Below are positions 50,108-58,579 of a stretch of 59,700 bases of DNA, in pieces. Made by a program: the position numbers and the translations under genes. The notes under the pieces were generated by a model. The model was not told the DNA's origin. It ran no database searches and saw only the letters and a program-made list of their open reading frames with translations. This stretch comes from Salinibacter sp. (GTDB lineage Bacteria; Bacteroidota; Rhodothermia; Rhodothermales; Salinibacteraceae), in NCBI GenBank assembly GCA_042219055.1, contig JBDGQN010000070.1, forward strand, positions 1-59,700, read 5' to 3'. The stretch's first letter is position 1. Each line of letters opens with the position of its first letter.

Positions 50108-50200
50108 CGGCAGTGGCAGCTGCCGACAGATAGGGTTCTAGCGAACTCTTCTAGATTCTTCTAAGGCCCTGATCGGTGGCAGCCGGTCAGGGCCTTTTTT
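50108..50200 (+). promoter_or_regulatory. Twin hairpins with identical TGGCAG loops; the second is a + strand intrinsic terminator
   Basis: CGGCAG-TGGCAG-CTGCCG and AAGGCCCTGATCGG-TGGCAG-CCGGTCAGGGCCTT followed by TTTT. Confidence 0.6.
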
Positions 50201-50227
50201 CTTAATGGTTGGGTTAGGACGACAGCA

Positions 50228-50899
50228 TTAGTTGCAGATCCACCTCTCAAAGTACTCGGCTTTTTCCAATCCCCACTCGGTCCCCCTGGCAATACCAGGT
50301 GCGTGGAAATCTCGGGCGTGTGGACACACTGCCATCAATAAAACCTCAGAGAGGGCGCCCAAATCTGAATACGTGTCGGCGACCTTCTTGGCATACTCGA
50401 CCGCTTTTTCTGTCTCTTTGCGATTGTCGAAGAAGATCGTGGTAATGTCGTCTGTCGTAGTCTCCTTTCCGGTCTTTCGCTTGAGGTGAAAGTGCCAGCT
50501 ACTGCCTTTTTTCCAGCACGATATCTCCCACTTCGCTGTGCTTGTTTCGAACGGTTCCTCATTCTCGACCCGCGACTTTGAAAACATCCGCGGCATCGAT
50601 CCGCTCACGTTCCGATCCACTTCCCTCTGCCACTCCTGAAGCCGATCCCGGAAACCGCGACGCTTCTCTTGAATCTTCGCCTCTTCGGCTGCACGGGAAG
50701 CTTCTTTCGCTTCCTGCCAGGCCCGCCTCATTCCGATTGATAGCCGATCGTTGTAGGACCGGTCGCCGTTCATCATGGACGCAATCTCGTGACCGCGACT
50801 CATTATTGCCGCTCGATTCCATGAACCATCCTCGTTTTTCCAGCGACTCGTCCTCGGCTGCAGGCGGAAGACTTCGATTTCGTTGTTATCTGTGCTCAT
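50228..50899 (-). CDS. Hypothetical phage/MGE-type protein
   Basis: 223 aa ORF; NRAAIMSRGHEIA...LSIGMRRAWQEAK resembles a short helical motif seen in phage proteins (recalled, not searched). Confidence 0.7.
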   Translation of the reverse strand: MSTDNNEIEVFRLQPRTSRWKNEDGSWNRAAIMSRGHEIASMMNGDRSYNDRLSIGMRRAWQEAKEASRAAEEAKIQEKRRGFRDRLQEWQREVDRNVSGSMPRMFSKSRVENEEPFETSTAKWEISCWKKGSSWHFHLKRKTGKETTTDDITTIFFDNRKETEKAVEYAKKVADTYSDLGALSEVLLMAVCPHARDFHAPGIARGTEWGLEKAEYFERWICN

Positions 50900-50944
50900 A
50901 CTTGAACGACAATCTATTCCAGTCAGAGTGCGCTATCGTGATGG

Positions 50945-51208
50945 TTACTCGTCATCCAGAATATCGTAACCGAGCAGCGTCGTCCACTCCGTATCCGGCC
51001 GATCCGACTCGGCCAGCCGTTCCAGGCGCTGAAGCGTTCGCCTCACGGCCGCACTGGGCTCGACGTGACCGTTCTCAAGCCGCGACACATTCTTCTGCGC
51101 GGTCGCGGGCGAGGCATCCCAGATCTCCTGCCCAAAGGCCGCTTGACTCATCTTGAGTTTCTTTCGGAGATTTCGAATCCGGTCGGGGGTCCAGGGGTCG
51201 TGAGCCAT
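50945..51208 (-). CDS. XRE-family HTH transcriptional regulator
   Basis: WTPDRIRNLRKKLKMSQAAFG...VSRLENGHVEPS. Confidence 0.88.
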   Translation of the reverse strand: MAHDPWTPDRIRNLRKKLKMSQAAFGQEIWDASPATAQKNVSRLENGHVEPSAAVRRTLQRLERLAESDRPDTEWTTLLGYDILDDE

Positions 51209-51563
51209 GTCGTCGGTTTCCAGTTTGGGTTGATTGTATCGGCACATACCACTATGGTATGCATGTGTTCCGCTCCCGAACCTGGGTTCGCCTCCCCTTT
51301 GATATCACCTCCAGTCCAGAAACGAATGGATGTTGATTGCCACTCCATAGGTCTTAGGTTCAAACGGCCAGTGATTGCGTTCGAAGAGATTCCGGAATTA
51401 TGCAACGGTGGAACCGCTCGGACCGTGGACCCCAGAACAATCATCTGAAAAACGATCCGGGCCGGGGTCCGCTCGAAATTTTCGCCCTGCCTGTAGCCGC
51501 CCATTCCTTCGCCTCGGACAAGACGCATCCACCAGTAAAACGGTAGCAATCGGACCTGTAAAG

Positions 51564-51597
51564 GTAGACGTCTACGAAAATCGACGTAGACGTCTAC
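51564..51597. promoter_or_regulatory. Tandem perfect palindromes GTAGACGTCTAC (candidate operator)
   Basis: Copies at 51564-51575 and 51586-51597 (22-bp period) in the long intergenic region between divergent genes. Confidence 0.55.
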
Positions 51598-52113
51598 GAT
51601 TTTGAGGTATGAAAAGGACTCCGTTGTCCTGTAGCCACATGCTTCGGATCCGAAGGAGCCATCATGGCACCTTTCGCCCCCCAGGCAGAATTTTACGTCG
51701 GGGGTCACCCTCTCTCGTCACAACCGGACCGTCGTTTCGACCTCATGGGGGTGTAAATGAGCCACCCCTTTCAAGGTCTCGGGGAAATTGACGGGAAGAA
51801 TCTACTTTCGGCCCTCGCGCCGGGGACGCAGGCGGTCCCCGGCTGGGGTTTCGTCGGTCCCTTCGGGACGAAAAACCTGCGTCTCCGGAGGAGACCGCCG
51901 AAGAAATAGCCTGGAACCGGGAGCGAAGCGGACGTTCCAGGCGAATGTAAGGTCAAAGTTCATCACACCTTGAAAGGGGCGGTGTAAATGAGCCTAAACC
52001 GAGTCTCTCCCGAACTCATCACGGCCCCGATGAATTCAGGCGGATCATCTTCCCCCGCCCCACTCGGTTGGGAAAACCACATCGCACCCTCTATCTCCAG
52101 TCCCTTCACAAGC

Positions 52114-52446
52114 ATGGCCTACTGCCCCCACTGCAATCGACGCTACGACGAGACCAACGAGACGCAGCCCTGCTGCGGCACCTGCGGACACCCCATCTCC
52201 TGCGGCTGCGGCGGCGGGCACCTGCACGCGTCCAGTTCGTCCTCCGTACCGTCCTCCCTCCGACACGAGTTCAAGGAAGACTTCGTCGTCGACGAGGAGG
52301 AGCCGGAGGAGGCGGACGGCTCGGGTGCAGCAACCGATTCAGACTCGACACCAAACACCAACGAGGCCGACAGTATCGACGACGGAGCCAATGAGACCGA
52401 CGATGATTACATGGCACCCCTCGCTTTGCGTCCCAAAACCTACTGA
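52114..52446 (+). CDS. Small Cys-rich zinc-ribbon protein with acidic tail
   Basis: MAYCPHC...CCGTCGHPISCGC followed by a D/E-rich disordered tail. Confidence 0.7.
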   Translation: MAYCPHCNRRYDETNETQPCCGTCGHPISCGCGGGHLHASSSSSVPSSLRHEFKEDFVVDEEEPEEADGSGAATDSDSTPNTNEADSIDDGANETDDDYMAPLALRPKTY

Positions 52447-52653
52447 TCCGTGCACAGGTGAGTAAACTTCTTTCCCGGTGCAACTGGGGACCGTGTGTGG
52501 GGTGAATTAGGAATCGTCTTTAGAAACCCGTTCACGTATCAGTAAGGTCAATTACTCTCACGATACTCGAACTCGGATGGCGGTCCAACAGGCAGGCATC
52601 GACCTCTCTTCGCGACCGAGCACTGCTTTTCTGGTCTACCTGGAAGGACCTAC

Positions 52654-54609
52654 TCACGAGAAGTTAATCCAACCTGCCTCGTCAAGAATCGTCCCAAGAG
52701 TTTCCGGAAACGCCTCCAGACTGTTCTCTCTGGGCCGCAGGAGAACAAACCCAACCGCATAGCCGGACGAAGGACGGTGGACATGCGTCCGAGGGCCTGC
52801 ATGTAAGTCCGGCGACATTCCCCACGCCGCGTCGACAATCTCCTTCGACTTGCCATCCGCTCCCTCCTCGACGAAGCTCCGTAGTGCTCGCTTGTAGTCG
52901 TACTTGTCTTCCACCGGCCGGTCCCCATCCGTCATCGCGGGGCGCGGCGAACGAAGAGTTGGATCGAGTGTGATGATACGAGGGGTCGTTCCCGATGCCA
53001 CCTTCCCCTCCGAAGAGACCTTGTGCCATTCGAGGGCAATGTCCGGACACCGTTTGTTTCCCGTATAGTCGGTGTAATCGAGTCCCCGGCGTTCCAGCCC
53101 GTACGGGCGGTCTGTATCAAAATACCCGTTTTCGCTCCGCAAGGGCTGGTACTGTCTTTCGTACCAGACTTCCAGTAGTCGACCGGGACGAGAGGGATGT
53201 GTCATGCGGGCGTTCACCTTGTCCGGAACTGGATTTTGGTAGAACGGGGTCACGTGCCGCCCTTTCTCGTCGACGAACTCGAAGCCCACCTCTCGCAGAG
53301 CCCGAATCGTGTGTATAAAGCACCAATGCTCATACGCCTTATTGAACGCTTGCACCTCGAACGGGATGGAATCTTCCGACGCATCCACAAAGTCCATGAG
53401 CGCATCGAGAAGGTCCGTCAGGCGTCGGAGGCGGCTGTACCGCCCGTCGTAGTACGTGACTGCCGACCGGTCCTCAAATCGATGTGTGGCTTCTTCTGGC
53501 GAGTACGGGAGCGCGCCTGCATAGCGCCTCAATGCCTCTTCGTACTCGTTCAATTTGCCCAAAGCCGCCTCATGTTTGTCCAAGCGGAGCTGCTTCTTCT
53601 CTTTTACCAGATGGTCCCGGACCCGCTCTACGCAGTTTCGCACTCGACGCACAGACTCGGCCACGAACCGATTCGCGCTCGTCTCTACCGTGGAGGTGGC
53701 CTTGGAGGTGGTAAACTCCGTGGGGACCCGGCCGGCAGCAGTATCGACAACCTCATGCACCTGCTGCAATGGAGGATGAGGACTGTGGTGCTGGAAGTAC
53801 TCTTCGGCCTGCCGCAGATTCAACGCCACGTGCTCGGTGTCAATGGACAGGGCCGTGTCCGGATCGCGAATAATCTGGCATAGCGTATCCCGGTACCGGG
53901 GAAGGATGCCCTCCAGACGCTTAAACAGCTCCAGTCCTGGCGTTTCTTCCTGTCGCTGCTTCATTTCCTGATAGTCCACGAATCGCTCCATCGGCGACGC
54001 CAAGTTTCCACGCACGGTTCGCCGGGATAGGTCTGAGAGAACGCCCTCATAAAGCTCCCGATAATCCTCGTCGCCGTACCCGAGCGCGATCCGCGTGGAG
54101 AGGATGCTCCCGTCCGGTCGTCGCACTGGCGTCGGAATCCACTCCTCCGTGTCCTCGTCAAATTGGCGCTGGTAGAGCGTGATCTGTGCCTGAGCAGCAC
54201 ACCAGTAGTTCGTTCGAATTCGCTTTACGTCTTCATTGGTCTCCTCAGAACCGGTAGCCCATCGTACCCACTCGCCCTGCAGCGCCCGATTTTGAAGCTC
54301 AATGCTGAGCTCTTCGTCCCACGGATCTGACGGAGTTCCAAGGTAGACTAGCAGAGGATCTCGTGAGGCTTCTTGTGTCCATGCCTCGAATGCGAGCTGG
54401 CGAGTATCTTCGAGGATGGGCCGTGTGCGCTCCGGATCCTTGTCGTCAAAGGCAAACCATTCTCGCTCTCCCGTATCGAAGTACTGTCCGCGCCGAGTGT
54501 CGTATACGTACCGACGAAGGCCAAGTGCAATCGGGCCAATCTCGGTCTCGACGACGGCCTCCTTCCGGGAGACTGAAGAAACAGAATCTTCGTCCATCTT
54601 CTCGACCAC
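52654..54609 (-). CDS. DUF2357 / PD-(D/E)xK McrC-like nuclease partner
   Basis: T.ETSANRFV, YEHWCFI, CPDIALE, IITLDPTLR at the LDAKYR position; directly downstream of a McrB-like GTPase. Confidence 0.78.
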   Translation of the reverse strand: MVEKMDEDSVSSVSRKEAVVETEIGPIALGLRRYVYDTRRGQYFDTGEREWFAFDDKDPERTRPILEDTRQLAFEAWTQEASRDPLLVYLGTPSDPWDEELSIELQNRALQGEWVRWATGSEETNEDVKRIRTNYWCAAQAQITLYQRQFDEDTEEWIPTPVRRPDGSILSTRIALGYGDEDYRELYEGVLSDLSRRTVRGNLASPMERFVDYQEMKQRQEETPGLELFKRLEGILPRYRDTLCQIIRDPDTALSIDTEHVALNLRQAEEYFQHHSPHPPLQQVHEVVDTAAGRVPTEFTTSKATSTVETSANRFVAESVRRVRNCVERVRDHLVKEKKQLRLDKHEAALGKLNEYEEALRRYAGALPYSPEEATHRFEDRSAVTYYDGRYSRLRRLTDLLDALMDFVDASEDSIPFEVQAFNKAYEHWCFIHTIRALREVGFEFVDEKGRHVTPFYQNPVPDKVNARMTHPSRPGRLLEVWYERQYQPLRSENGYFDTDRPYGLERRGLDYTDYTGNKRCPDIALEWHKVSSEGKVASGTTPRIITLDPTLRSPRPAMTDGDRPVEDKYDYKRALRSFVEEGADGKSKEIVDAAWGMSPDLHAGPRTHVHRPSSGYAVGFVLLRPRENSLEAFPETLGTILDEAGWINFS

Positions 54610-54676
54610 GATTGGTTTGCATCAGCGAAATCCGCCGCCCTCGGTGCTCTTCCGAAACCGTGCCTATCGTTTTCAA

Positions 54677-57600
54677 TCAGAGCGCCGCCTGTCCCGGCAG
54701 TCCCTGCTGCACCCGGCGGAGCAGGCGGTCGACCTCGTCGTACTCCCGAAGCTTGTCGCTCTTCTGGAGCCGCTTTCGATATCGCCCCTCAGGGTCGTTG
54801 ATTGCGTATGCGCCCGGTAGCTTCGAAAGGAAAAAGCTAACGAGCACGTCTCCCATGACAGTGCTCGTCTCCTTACTGACATCTGGATGCTGAGAGGCAT
54901 ACTGATACGCTTGCTCAATCGACCGATAGGCAAGCGGGGCTTGGCCCGCCCGAGCGAGCTGGCTCAACTCGTCCAAAATGTCCAGAAAGGCGTCGTGGAA
55001 CGCTGCTGGAACGCCGAATTCATCCTTGAACTGCTTGGCTGCTCGTCGCAGCGAGTCGTTTTCGGGACTCACGGGAATGTACGTAGCCCGATCCAGCACC
55101 TTCGGACTGAGCGTCTTCGTCGTGGCATCGGTGTTGATCGTCGCAAACAGCTTCAGATTGGCCGTGAGGTCGACTTCAAATGCACTTTCCCCCGACGTAT
55201 CCTGCCCGAGATGAAGACGCCGATTTGGCGATCCCTCGGGAGCTTCCATTTTCGACAGAATGTTGGCGAGGTACTGTTCCGGCTGGGCAATGTTGAATTC
55301 GTCGAGACACGCCAAAAAGAGGCGGGCGTGCTCTGTCCCGGGGCCTGCAAGGGCCTTGAAGTATTGCGACTCTGCCTTGATCAAAAACTTCAGAAAGGAG
55401 GTGTACTTGTACTCTCCCGTAATCGCACTTTCGCTTCCGAGGAGGCTGTCGGGTGAGAACCAGGACGGGGAAACCGGCTCCAGAAGATGGAAGTGCTCCC
55501 ATCCATCTTCACCGAGATCCCGGTTAAAGAATTCTGCCAGAAGGCGTACGAGCGAGGTTTTCCCGCATCCTGGGGGGCCGGCTAAAACCACCAGTCCACT
55601 TGCCTTACCCGCGCAGTGCATCCAGGCTCGGCGCAGCACTTTTTCTGGATAGATGAATCCTCGCTCCTCAACAAAATTACGGAAGGCCGACAGACTGGTG
55701 TCGAGCTCGCCTGTTGCCAGGTGTGAGAGTGGATGTTCGGTGCGCTCCTCCACCTTCTGCTCAATCTGCTTCTTGAGCTCATCATCCGAGAATGCCCCAT
55801 CTTCTTTTGATTGTAGGCTCGCAACGAGGGGATTGAGCGTTTCTCTGATCTCTCGAACAGCGTCTGCGAGATCACCACCGTTCTCACTCCCGTCCTCCTC
55901 GATACGCTCAATCCGCTCACTCATCTGCTCGACGGCCTTTCGCATCGCGTCATTCGATTTCCGAATAGGGGCCACAGTGTCCTGCACCATTTGCTGCATC
56001 CACTGGGTCATTCCGACGGCCCAGTGTCCGTCTTCGTGTGCCTCAGTAGGGAGACCAGAGGATTCTCCAGTTCCGCTTCTGTCATCTGAGGAAGTGGTCG
56101 ATGTTTCGTCCACGGCTTGATCGTGATCTTCAGTAGAGAATGTCGTGTCGTCGTCTGCGGCTTCGTCCGCCGATGCACTTTCTCCTTCGTCTGCGTGAGT
56201 CCGGGCTTCGATCTCTTCGAAGGAGGCATTTCCCTCTTCCTCCAGTGCGGCATGAAGCTCCTGCTGGAATTCTGCGATGCCGTCTTCCGAGCGCTCGATC
56301 CTGTCCCGGACTACGTCGAGTTCCCGCCGCAGCGTGGCAGAGGCGGGCACTGGTTCTCCCGCATGCGCACGGAGCGCCTCGGCGAAGGCACCCACCACGT
56401 CATCTTTTCCCTCTTCTTGTTGAAACGCATACATGTGCGCCCCACGGAGTATTCGGAAAAGTCCGCTCATAGCGGGACGGTACCCAATGTCCCTGTGGGC
56501 CCGAAGGACTCCTTCGACCGCCTCCTCACAATTCATGGGGGCATCCGGAAGATGCTTTTGGAGCGCCTCCGATGGCGCTACGCGACGAGAGTGCAGGCTA
56601 AACACTTCCAGATCGGGCCGACACGGAAGATCGTGACCGGGCGCGTAGAGGGCGACAGCCGTGTTGTTCATGCCGAGGTCAATACAAATGTGTGCCGCCT
56701 CCTCATCTTGCAAATCCGGACGGAGGGACACTGACACGTACCCGTCCTCCTCGGCATCCAGCGTTCGACGATAGTCACGATGGGGTTGCACATTCCAGAG
56801 AAAGGGCTTCACTCGGAGCCGATCCGGGCGCAGTTCGGCGTGGGCGGTAAATCGAATCAGCTTTTTCCGCTCATCATCTGGCGGGGCCTCGTCTTCATTT
56901 CGCTGCTGAAACCGACGGTCCGGCTCGTCGCCGTAGTCATTGACATCTGCCCGCAGGTACACCTCCGCCTCCTGCAGTGATGGCTGCCCCGGCGTCAGCG
57001 TCAAGTCCTCAAATCGGTCGTACCCGCCGGGCTCAAGTCGAACCGTATCCCGTTCCTCCAACTCATCGACGGCACAGAGCAGAAATTCCTCCTCACGCTG
57101 AGGCTCTCCGCGCTCACTTTCGGTTCGTTCAAACGAGTACGGCGTCCCGTCGGGAGTGCGAACGAGGGCGTAAATTTCCTCCCCCTCTTCGAGAATGCGT
57201 TCGCGCTCTTCTTCGGCGATCGAGGAGACCTGTCCGAGGACAGCAAGACTGCTATTCGGCACTCCTTTCTCCGCCGCCAAACGCCGGCGGGGACGGACAC
57301 AGGCATTCGCCTCCCCGTCGTTCCCGAGTAGGTCCAGCCGATCCAAGTCCATGCGAATGAGGTCCTCCAATCCAGGAAGCCCGGTCGAGCCGCCAGCCAG
57401 GAAGATGTTCTCGATCTTCTCAAACTCTAGCAGTTGTCCGTGCTCTCGGGCAAGCCGCTGTACTCGGCCAAGGAATCCTCGGAATCCCGGACCCAGCGGC
57501 TGATTTTCGTCTTGCCATATTTCACGAAGGACCCGTCCGAGCAGGGCTTCATCGATTTGAAACGTGCCTTCCTCCTCCTCATCGATCTCAATCTGGACGG

Positions 57601-58507
57601 CCTCCCGCCGCCCGGTACAGATTGCGATTTTCGCCTCCTCAATGCGTTCCAGATAGGGCATCCATTTCTTACTCCGTCGAGGAACTCGATCACGTCCTAG
57701 AAGCTTCTTCAAGACGTACTGGTCGAAATACGCCCCGGCACAGCCAATGCTCGTACAGATCGGATAAAGGCGAAAATCACTCTCCTGCCGATTCACCTGA
57801 ACGACCGCGACGTCGGTCGTGCTTCCCCCCATGTCGAAGACGAGAAAGGTCTCGCCCGCCTGCGTTTCTCCCGGTTCTACGCCGTGCTCCAGCAGCGAAT
57901 AGTAGTAGTACACGCCGTACGGCTCATAGAGAAAGTCCGTCCCGCCGACCTGGAAAGAGACGTTCTCGTACTCATTCTCCTGTATTACCGAGTCGACGAT
58001 TCGCCGGATGTTTTCGCGGTATCGGCGCGACTTTTTCTTTCCCCTCGTCCCATCTCCCTCGTATTCGTAGTTGGGCGCCGTGAAGTGGATCTGAAGGGAT
58101 TTCTCGTTCCCAAACAGGTCTCGGGCTCGCTCAACCGCCCGCTTGCAGACCTTCGACAGGAAAATCGCTGCGGCCTGATGGGGATTGAAGTATTCTTTCT
58201 TCCCACTACTGCTTTGCCCTACGATTTCATTGAGCCGGGTATAGTCCCCCGTCTTTGTCCGCATGGACCAGACTTCCTCATCCGGCGTTTCTGCCTGGGC
58301 TTTGGTGAGGCTCAGGTCGGCCTTGAAGTGCCGGTAATAGTTGGAGGCGGTCTCTGCCTTCTCAGAGGAGGCGAGCACAAAGTCGCTCGGGTCGGGCGAC
58401 TGGGAATTGAACGACTCCGTCGTCCGGTAAATCGCCGTCGGCAACAGCAGGTCGCCGCCGAATCGCAAAAGCGCGAGTTTTTGCGTGGGACCGTTGGTCC
58501 GACTCAT
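54677..58507 (-). CDS. Hsp70-like ATPase - acidic/coiled-coil linker - McrB-like (NxD) AAA+ GTPase fusion
   Basis: Hsp70 motifs FDMGGSTTDV, GAYFD, LAGGSTGLPGL and IDLGMNNTAVA; AAA+ motifs GPPGCGKT, VSPSW...LLG, LDEFNIA, INTDATT, SPKVLDRA. Confidence 0.85.
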   Translation of the reverse strand: MSRTNGPTQKLALLRFGGDLLLPTAIYRTTESFNSQSPDPSDFVLASSEKAETASNYYRHFKADLSLTKAQAETPDEEVWSMRTKTGDYTRLNEIVGQSSSGKKEYFNPHQAAAIFLSKVCKRAVERARDLFGNEKSLQIHFTAPNYEYEGDGTRGKKKSRRYRENIRRIVDSVIQENEYENVSFQVGGTDFLYEPYGVYYYYSLLEHGVEPGETQAGETFLVFDMGGSTTDVAVVQVNRQESDFRLYPICTSIGCAGAYFDQYVLKKLLGRDRVPRRSKKWMPYLERIEEAKIAICTGRREAVQIEIDEEEEGTFQIDEALLGRVLREIWQDENQPLGPGFRGFLGRVQRLAREHGQLLEFEKIENIFLAGGSTGLPGLEDLIRMDLDRLDLLGNDGEANACVRPRRRLAAEKGVPNSSLAVLGQVSSIAEEERERILEEGEEIYALVRTPDGTPYSFERTESERGEPQREEEFLLCAVDELEERDTVRLEPGGYDRFEDLTLTPGQPSLQEAEVYLRADVNDYGDEPDRRFQQRNEDEAPPDDERKKLIRFTAHAELRPDRLRVKPFLWNVQPHRDYRRTLDAEEDGYVSVSLRPDLQDEEAAHICIDLGMNNTAVALYAPGHDLPCRPDLEVFSLHSRRVAPSEALQKHLPDAPMNCEEAVEGVLRAHRDIGYRPAMSGLFRILRGAHMYAFQQEEGKDDVVGAFAEALRAHAGEPVPASATLRRELDVVRDRIERSEDGIAEFQQELHAALEEEGNASFEEIEARTHADEGESASADEAADDDTTFSTEDHDQAVDETSTTSSDDRSGTGESSGLPTEAHEDGHWAVGMTQWMQQMVQDTVAPIRKSNDAMRKAVEQMSERIERIEEDGSENGGDLADAVREIRETLNPLVASLQSKEDGAFSDDELKKQIEQKVEERTEHPLSHLATGELDTSLSAFRNFVEERGFIYPEKVLRRAWMHCAGKASGLVVLAGPPGCGKTSLVRLLAEFFNRDLGEDGWEHFHLLEPVSPSWFSPDSLLGSESAITGEYKYTSFLKFLIKAESQYFKALAGPGTEHARLFLACLDEFNIAQPEQYLANILSKMEAPEGSPNRRLHLGQDTSGESAFEVDLTANLKLFATINTDATTKTLSPKVLDRATYIPVSPENDSLRRAAKQFKDEFGVPAAFHDAFLDILDELSQLARAGQAPLAYRSIEQAYQYASQHPDVSKETSTVMGDVLVSFFLSKLPGAYAINDPEGRYRKRLQKSDKLREYDEVDRLLRRVQQGLPGQAAL

Positions 58508-58579
58508 AGCGCGTGAAATCGAAAATCGCGAATGGTGAAGTGTCAAAACGCCCTGCGAAGGCGTAACCAGTTCTGATTG

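Noticed and set aside
51148-51708. 186-aa minus-strand ORF upstream of the XRE gene
   Set aside because: Not acidic like the rest of the proteome, overlaps the XRE gene and runs through the palindromic repeats; likely spurious.
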